Of a DNA stretch of 54,976 bases, positions 50,046 to 54,976 are shown in pieces. The notes under the pieces are model-generated. The model was not told where the DNA came from and ran no database searches. It saw only the letters and a program-made list of their open reading frames with translations. Position 1 is the stretch's first letter. The number at the start of each line of letters is the position of its first letter. The position numbers and the translations under genes were made by a program. Source of the stretch: a virus (Duplodnaviria; Caudoviricetes); the IMG/VR virus record IMGVR_UViG_3300009124_000015, positions 1 to 54,976 of that record. One strand, given 5' to 3'.

Positions 50046-50158
50046 CACGTCCTACACGCGCTGATCAGATAGCACACGCCCACGATTATTGCGAGAGGGT
50101 TCGGTTCGGTGTAAAAAATGAATCCTATGCCAAACCACACAAGTACGAAAAAAGCCAT
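50045..50158 (-). CDS. 37-aa hydrophobic peptide MAFFVLVWFGIGFIFYTEPNPLAIIVGVCYLISACRT (not in ORF track)
   Basis: AAGGAG RBS; TGATG coupling to primase; first ORF after the leftward promoter. Confidence 0.65.
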   Translation of the reverse strand: MAFFVLVWFGIGFIFYTEPNPLAIIVGVCYLISACRT

Positions 50159-50180
50159 TCGTTTTCTCCTTTGTGTTGCG

Positions 50181-50209
50181 ACGATAATCGACATCGGAAA
50201 CCTCGTCAA
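50181..50209 (-). promoter_or_regulatory. Leftward promoter of the replication operon
   Basis: Minus strand reads TTGACG-17 nt-TATCGT. Confidence 0.6.
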
Positions 50210-50225
50210 CCACAAAATTTTTTGC

Positions 50226-50256
50226 TTGACAAGACGCCGACACCAGTATATCTACA
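50226..50256 (+). promoter_or_regulatory. Rightward promoter of the early block (divergent partner)
   Basis: T-tract plus TTGACA; -10 region only approximate (TATATCT). Confidence 0.45.
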
Positions 50257-50288
50257 TATTACAATCCCCCCTATAGGGAAATAATCTT

Positions 50289-50429
50289 ATGAAAAAAATC
50301 AACAAGATAAACCCTATAGCTAAAGAACTTCCTAAGTATGGGAAGCGGGTTGTGGCTGACAAACGTCGGACGAAAGAAAACAAACGAATGACAAAAGAGG
50401 TACGCGATGCCAAGACCACCGAAGATTGA
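50289..50429 (+). CDS. 46-aa basic NPIAK-motif protein (not in ORF track)
   Basis: Hand translation MKKINKINPIAKELPKYGKRVVADKRR... Confidence 0.6.
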   Translation: MKKINKINPIAKELPKYGKRVVADKRRTKENKRMTKEVRDAKTTED

Positions 50430-50625
50430 CGAGCCGACCAAAACGTACAATTTGTTACTTTCTGTTGCGGTGTACGACAGGCTAGCAAAACACGCCGAAC
50501 GCCTCCACGCAAAGAGTATCAACCAAGTCTCGGTTGGTGACCTGATCCGTGAGGGTATCGATATTTACTTGGAGGCACTCGACGATGATGACTACGAAGG
50601 GGGGAACGCGGATGCGAAAGATTAA
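50407..50625 (+). CDS. Ribbon-helix-helix transcriptional regulator (putative)
   Basis: TYNLLL strand, VAVYDRLAKHA helix, SVGDLIREGIDIYL helix. Confidence 0.7.
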   Translation: MPRPPKIDEPTKTYNLLLSVAVYDRLAKHAERLHAKSINQVSVGDLIREGIDIYLEALDDDDYEGGNADAKD

Positions 50626-50884
50626 ACTGTTCAAAGATCGAAAGGGTGACGATCTCGTGCCGTACGTTTCGTCGAGGGATGATCGGCACGAAGTTGTCGC
50701 TCCGGTATCATCCGTACGCATCGGGGAGACACGGCGCGAACTTGTGAAGTCGGGCCAGTGTATCGACTACGCACGGTGGGTTGCCTTGTACGTCGGAAAA
50801 AATAACGAAGAGTGCAAAAGGTGGCTTGACACATACAAAGCACGGGTGCTAAAACTGTGTATACCCTACGAAGTGTCCTCGTAG
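50612..50884 (+). CDS. Hypothetical protein (start reassigned to ATG 50612)
   Basis: G-rich RBS; overlaps the RHH stop. Confidence 0.6.
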   Translation: MRKIKLFKDRKGDDLVPYVSSRDDRHEVVAPVSSVRIGETRRELVKSGQCIDYARWVALYVGKNNEECKRWLDTYKARVLKLCIPYEVSS

Positions 50885-50948
50885 GGTACGTTTCTCCTAA
50901 GCTACCGTTGAGCGGGGCTGGTCTTTTTGACTGGCCCCGTTCTTTTTT
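50860..50948 (+). ncRNA. Candidate ~90-nt sRNA: 5' hairpin, anti-SD single strand, terminator
   Basis: Upstream TTGACA (50826) and TGC-TAAAAC; 10-bp stem TACCCTACGA/TCGTAGGGTA; CGTTTCTCCT; terminator. Confidence 0.5.
50912..50948 (+). terminator. Intrinsic terminator
   Basis: GCGGGGCTGGTC-TTTTT-GACTGGCCCCGT followed by TCTTTTTT. Confidence 0.8.
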
Positions 50949-51015
50949 GTGTTGACAGGTACGTTTGTTAGCGGTATGGGTAATCTATCGTAACGCCAGT
51001 TATGGAGATTGGTAC

Positions 51016-51333
51016 ATGGAAATTACAACTGATAATCACGTCGAACGGTGTTGGTGCTGGGAGTGTGGTGGTCATGGCAAGGTTTCGTACATAATACGAG
51101 GCGACGAGGAGGAGTGGGGTCACTGTCTCGACTGTATGGGTGAAGGAGAGAAGTACCGTGCAAAGGCTACACAAACTGCTGTCGTTCGTGCCTTACTGAC
51201 ACAGGCGAAAAACGCTCTAGAATATATAGAAGTGACAGACAGCGACTTAGATCAGGTATATACGACAATCGATGGCGCAATCGGTGACATCGAACGCTAC
51301 GAAAGAAAGGTAGGGACACGAAATGGAAATTGA
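51016..51333 (+). CDS. DnaJ-type zinc-finger protein
   Basis: CWECGGHG and CLDCMGEG; GGAG RBS before ATG 51016; TTGACA at 50952. Confidence 0.75.
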   Translation: MEITTDNHVERCWCWECGGHGKVSYIIRGDEEEWGHCLDCMGEGEKYRAKATQTAVVRALLTQAKNALEYIEVTDSDLDQVYTTIDGAIGDIERYERKVGTRNGN

Positions 51334-51475
51334 TATGACCGAAGAGATGGACAAGCAGACAACTAACGCTGTTGTAGAGACAGTGCGCGATGTCTTGATC
51401 GACATGGGATACGGTGACGTTTTAGACTTTCAGTGGCAGCTTGTGGTGACTTTTACAGATGAGGATGATGTCTGA
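51323..51475 (+). CDS. 50-aa acidic protein (not in ORF track)
   Basis: Hand translation MEIDMTEEMDKQTTNAVVETVRDVLIDMG...; coupled to neighbours. Confidence 0.6.
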   Translation: MEIDMTEEMDKQTTNAVVETVRDVLIDMGYGDVLDFQWQLVVTFTDEDDV

Positions 51476-51645
51476 TGGGTAAGGTATCTGATTGGCTAAT
51501 CGAAATGGAAGAGGACGCCTCGTACATGACGCGCCAAGAATTTGTCAACAAGCACGGCGAAACGGTTATCGAATTGTACGACGAACTCCAACTGAAATGG
51601 CAATACGATCACGCCGAACCGGGAGAGCCGGACGATGTGGGTTGA
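51475..51645 (+). CDS. 56-aa acidic protein (not in ORF track)
   Basis: MGKVSDWLIEMEEDA...; GAGG RBS; TGATG coupling. Confidence 0.65.
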   Translation: MGKVSDWLIEMEEDASYMTRQEFVNKHGETVIELYDELQLKWQYDHAEPGEPDDVG

Positions 51646-51817
51646 TCCGGAGAACGATCCGAACCTCGAAAGTGTGGCTGACAAATTGGCCACACTACGA
51701 CGGCAAATCGACGACGCGGACTGGAACGGCAAACCCGTGACAAACGTACAACGCAACATGGCAAAACGCCTGACGCAAATGGTAAACGAGGGGACGCTAT
51801 GGCTTCCGAGATTTTGA
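51635..51817 (+). CDS. Hypothetical protein
   Basis: GGAG RBS; overlaps both neighbours. Confidence 0.6.
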   Translation: MWVDPENDPNLESVADKLATLRRQIDDADWNGKPVTNVQRNMAKRLTQMVNEGTLWLPRF

Positions 51818-51978
51818 CAAATGACAAACGTACCACACTATCGCCCGTGTACGTTTGCGATGTGTGCGGCGAACCGGCGATGACGAGGGAATGCGACCGC
51901 TTGCGCTGTCCGTCGTGCTGGCTCCGGGAACAGGGTCGCAAAATAAAACCGCTTGACCACAGCGGATATCGTCCGTAA
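51799..51978 (+). CDS. 59-aa zinc-ribbon protein (not in ORF track)
   Basis: CDVCGEPA...CPSCWL; GAGGGG RBS. Confidence 0.6.
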   Translation: MASEILTNDKRTTLSPVYVCDVCGEPAMTRECDRLRCPSCWLREQGRKIKPLDHSGYRP

Positions 51979-51981
51979 CGT
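51953..51981 (+). promoter_or_regulatory. Sigma70-type promoter
   Basis: A-tract, then TTGACC-17 nt-TAACGT. Confidence 0.55.
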
Positions 51982-52016
51982 GTCCCCATCGTTTTCTAAC
52001 GAAGGGACACAACGAC

Positions 52017-52634
52017 ATGAAAAAACAGGCAACACTGATCGATCATGAAAAGATGATCTATAATATTTGCAGCGTTTACCGTGACGCCGACGAAACGCAA
52101 CACGCTGAGGGTTTGTTGTGGTATTCGGACGCACAGAAGGCCGCGCACGATATCGCGGTAAAATATGGCATTGCTGTCTATCTTGGGGTGGCGGTGATCG
52201 CCGCGCTTTCCCCCAATAACAAATGGTCGCGCAATGTTATCAACGCTGATATGCTAATTGGTGCTTTCCTGCGCGGTGACGGCATCGACGCGGTGAAAGT
52301 CTCGACTTATCACGCCATGAAAAAGAAGGCTTGGGATATCTTGGCGGCGCGTCCAGACTATGAGGGCGCAAAAACAATGCTGAAGGGACAAAAGATCACG
52401 TCCTTTTTTATGGATATCATGGGCGAATTCAACGTGACCATCGACGGCCACGCTCGGAATATCGCCTACGGTGAGCGCGTCGGATTGACCGACGATCGTA
52501 CGAATATCGGCGTCCGTGAATACCGCGCACTTCAAGCGGCATATGAAGAGGCGGCGCGACGTGTCGGCCTCATGCCGTACCAGTTGCAAGCGATTACTTG
52601 GCGCGTTTGGCGTGACCGGCACGGGATAACGTGA
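52017..52634 (+). CDS. HhH-GPD DNA-glycosylase-like protein (DUF7178-like, from recall)
   Basis: WY, AALSPNNKW..N, KGQKITSF, VTIDGHARNI, YQLQAITW. Confidence 0.6.
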   Translation: MKKQATLIDHEKMIYNICSVYRDADETQHAEGLLWYSDAQKAAHDIAVKYGIAVYLGVAVIAALSPNNKWSRNVINADMLIGAFLRGDGIDAVKVSTYHAMKKKAWDILAARPDYEGAKTMLKGQKITSFFMDIMGEFNVTIDGHARNIAYGERVGLTDDRTNIGVREYRALQAAYEEAARRVGLMPYQLQAITWRVWRDRHGIT

Positions 52635-52685
52635 CAAACGGGCGACACTACAAAAAAACGTACGCGTGACAAACGGGCGACACTA
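52630..52685. repeat. Perfect 21-bp direct repeat CGTGACAAACGGGCGACACTA x2
   Basis: Copies at 52630-52650 and 52665-52685. Confidence 0.9.
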
Positions 52686-52818
52686 TAAAATCGGGGACCG
52701 GCTAATGGTTTCTTGCGTTTGCCTGTTCGGGGGCGGGGCGAGACTTGCGGGCCGGTCGGATCGACGGCGAGACGATGGGGCCGGTCGATCGCCCGCCGGG
52801 GCCGATACATTTTTTTGC

Positions 52819-52847
52819 TTGTTACGAATCCGGACCGGTGGCATTGT
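52819..52847 (+). promoter_or_regulatory. Possible promoter
   Basis: T-tract, then TTGTTA-17 nt-CATTGT. Confidence 0.4.
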
Positions 52848-52898
52848 AACGGGACTGGCCAACGGGGCCAGCCACACCAGCATAGAAGGAGAAACAAT

Positions 52899-53894
52899 AT
52901 GTTGGACGTAGTACCTTTTGAAGATCGAGCCGCAACGAAGGCGAAAGCACGGGGCGGGGACATATGGGTCACTCACAAGCGGATCGATGACGTGTCCTTG
53001 TATGAGCAATTCGGCAAGATTCGCCGGGTTCCGATTGAAGCCCTCACCACTAGGGTCGATAACATTCTCGAGCCGATCCGGATGGATGATTTCCACGCCC
53101 TACAAAACACGGCGACCGGTGGCATCTTGAACATCCGGCCCGTCGGTAAATCGTACGCGCTAGTGCCACACGATGGCCTGTTCAAGGCACAAGCCGACTT
53201 GCTAGCCGCGTCGGACTTGCCGATGGATAACGTCGAGGTGTGCGATCGTATCTACGAAGAGGGGGCGCGGGTTCATCGCACGATTTACTTCCACGACTTG
53301 CAAGACCTGACCACGACGCGGGACGGCAAGCGGGACTTGGTGCGCTGCCGGATGGACATGTTCAACAGCGTCGATATGTCATGGGCCTTGCAGATATTTT
53401 CGGGAGCCTATCGTGACCTCTGCCGAAATACTCTGGTGTTTGGTGGCGAGAAGGCATATCACCAGCGGAAGATTCACCGGGGGGCCGTGTCGCCAGAAGC
53501 TATGATCGCTAAGGCGACGATGGGGCTTTCGATGTGGCAAGACCAGCGCGACGTGATGGATCGCTGGCGGAATGCGCCACTGACGCAAAAGCAATTTGCG
53601 GACATCTTGAAAGAGACTATCTGCCGGAAGAACACGAAGGCGGCAGAAGCTGATGAGCGGTTGTCTGTGAATGAATCCCGGTTGAACTGGTTGTTGGAGC
53701 GGTTCGAAGAAGAGCGCCGCGAACTAGGCCTGACACTCTGGGCCGGTTACAATGCCCTGACGCACTGGGCCACGCACTTGCCGGATGCCCGCGACCGGGG
53801 CCGGGCCGAACGCAAAAGGTACACGCGGAACGAGCAGGTCCGGCAGATCGTCGATGGTCCGTCGTGGCGGTACCTCGAAGGCTTGGCGGGGTGA
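52899..53894 (+). CDS. DUF932/DUF945-like early protein (start reassigned to ATG 52899)
   Basis: Y.LVPH, FNSVDMSW, AYRDLCRN, TLWAGYNALTHWATH; AAGGAG RBS. Confidence 0.72.
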   Translation: MLDVVPFEDRAATKAKARGGDIWVTHKRIDDVSLYEQFGKIRRVPIEALTTRVDNILEPIRMDDFHALQNTATGGILNIRPVGKSYALVPHDGLFKAQADLLAASDLPMDNVEVCDRIYEEGARVHRTIYFHDLQDLTTTRDGKRDLVRCRMDMFNSVDMSWALQIFSGAYRDLCRNTLVFGGEKAYHQRKIHRGAVSPEAMIAKATMGLSMWQDQRDVMDRWRNAPLTQKQFADILKETICRKNTKAAEADERLSVNESRLNWLLERFEEERRELGLTLWAGYNALTHWATHLPDARDRGRAERKRYTRNEQVRQIVDGPSWRYLEGLAG

Positions 53895-53980
53895 TGATGG
53901 AATTGGTCTTATTCCTCTACCGGACTTGCGTTTGCATTATCCTGATCCTTATTTTGGGGATCATCTTTAACGTCACATGA
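53894..53980 (+). CDS. 28-aa hydrophobic peptide MMELVLFLYRTCVCIILILILGIIFNVT (not in ORF track)
   Basis: TGATG coupling; single TM-like segment. Confidence 0.5.
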   Translation: MMELVLFLYRTCVCIILILILGIIFNVT

Positions 53981-53997
53981 TCGAAGGAGAAACGAAA

Positions 53998-54462
53998 ATG
54001 ACGTTCAATAACATTCCGAAAAACCTTGTTGATGACCTGTGCGGTTGCCTCGATCGGATCGAAGCCGCAATTCGTACCGACGCCTCAGAAAAAGAGCGGG
54101 CACGGTTGCGGGAAATGATCGCGGCCGCTTGGAACGATCACACGGTGCCACTGGCGACCGGGTTGCAGACGGGCTTGCACGGTGAGCCGCTGCACGAATC
54201 CGGCCCGCAGCCGGTCGTCAACCGCAAGGTATATTTGCACGGTGGCCACAAGCGTGTGATCGAGCTTTTTTCCGGAAAGCGGTATCTTGCCGCGCCTACG
54301 ATCGCGGGGCTTGTCGGCATCAAGCGCGAGGCGGTCTGGACGTACTTGCAGCAGATCGGCATGTCGGACGAATACGTTTTGCACAAGAAAGAGGTGAAGA
54401 ACGGCACCGGACCGGATCGCCGGGGCTATGTGAAACTTTACCGGGTTGAAAAGGTCGCGTAA
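53998..54462 (+). CDS. Protein with a C-terminal winged-HTH-like region
   Basis: AAPTIAGLVGIKREAVWTYLQQI; AAGGAG RBS before ATG 53998. Confidence 0.62.
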   Translation: MTFNNIPKNLVDDLCGCLDRIEAAIRTDASEKERARLREMIAAAWNDHTVPLATGLQTGLHGEPLHESGPQPVVNRKVYLHGGHKRVIELFSGKRYLAAPTIAGLVGIKREAVWTYLQQIGMSDEYVLHKKEVKNGTGPDRRGYVKLYRVEKVA

Positions 54463-54522
54463 AAAACGTACAACATGGGGGCGGGCGCGGTTGCCCGCCT
54501 CAACCAACGAAAGGACGAAACG

Positions 54523-54744
54523 ATGAAATCGCAAATCAAAACCGACTTGACCACCAGCGAAGCAAAAGAAATCTTTGTGATCACCGAGCGGGAGATTCGG
54601 ACTATTCGGACTATGATCAGCGGCATCAATACCCAGATCGACGCCCTCGATGAGTTTATGGATGCAATCGGGTTCCAAAAGTGGATGAGCAGCTCGCCGC
54701 GTTCCGTTGCCACGTGTGACTTCAAGATCACGAAAGACGACTAG
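54523..54744 (+). CDS. Hypothetical protein (start ATG 54523)
   Basis: AAGGA RBS; followed by a terminator. Confidence 0.65.
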   Translation: MKSQIKTDLTTSEAKEIFVITEREIRTIRTMISGINTQIDALDEFMDAIGFQKWMSSSPRSVATCDFKITKDD

Positions 54745-54758
54745 TCGCGTGTTTGGTG

Positions 54759-54792
54759 GGCCGGGGATAAACTCCCGGCCTTTTCCCTTTTT
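54759..54792 (+). terminator. Intrinsic terminator
   Basis: GGCCGGG/CCCGGCC stem followed by TTTTCCCTTTTT. Confidence 0.7.
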
Positions 54793-54806
54793 AGGAGATA
54801 GAGACC

Positions 54807-54976
54807 ATGGAAAACCAGCCGATCGAATTCACCGAAGAAGACCGCCGCCAGCTTTTGTCCTTTGTGTTTAAAGAGCTTCTCGACCTTTATGCCAAGCCCA
54901 TAGGAAACAATATTTGCGGCCATTGGGCACTTGCCCGGTGTATCGGCGACCCTGCAAAAGGTTTTGGTGCTGGCCG
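54807..54976 (+). CDS. Partial ORF running off the window end
   Basis: AGGAG RBS, MENQPIEFTEEDRRQLL..., no stop before 54976. Confidence 0.5.
   Translation, partial: MENQPIEFTEEDRRQLLSFVFKELLDLYAKPIGNNICGHWALARCIGDPAKGFGAG

Noticed and set aside
1-54976. tRNA genes, a tRNA-derived attP, or terminal direct repeats
   Set aside because: I saw no cloverleaf or T-loop consensus and no long identity between the window ends by eye. Circularity cannot be established from this window.

Overview
The window looks like most or all of a ~55 kb podovirus-like dsDNA phage genome, probably infecting a marine alphaproteobacterium. It resembles HMO-2011-type phages: a family A DNA polymerase with an embedded DnaJ-type CxxCxGxG zinc finger, a class II ribonucleotide reductase, MazG, and no RNA polymerase. 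The layout has three blocks. (1) 596-39383 (+) carries terminase, portal, scaffold, capsid, lysis genes, small basic proteins, fibres, tail and large internal virion proteins. (2) 39355-50158 (-) carries replication and nucleotide metabolism genes. (3) 50289-54976 (+) carries small early genes. The most unusual signals are: a long, non-canonical tyrosine-recombinase-like gene between terL and portal; strong, patchy over-representation of the palindrome GTAC/CGTACG; a DNA polymerase split into separate exonuclease and polymerase ORFs; a candidate anti-Shine-Dalgarno sRNA matching early-gene RBSs; a twin-hairpin RNA element upstream of the scaffold gene; back-to-back sigma70 promoters, one firing into a non-coding short-repeat region; and a TGACAAACG motif confined to the early/terminal region. 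Family and DUF names are recalled from motifs and all counts were made by eye; no searches were run.
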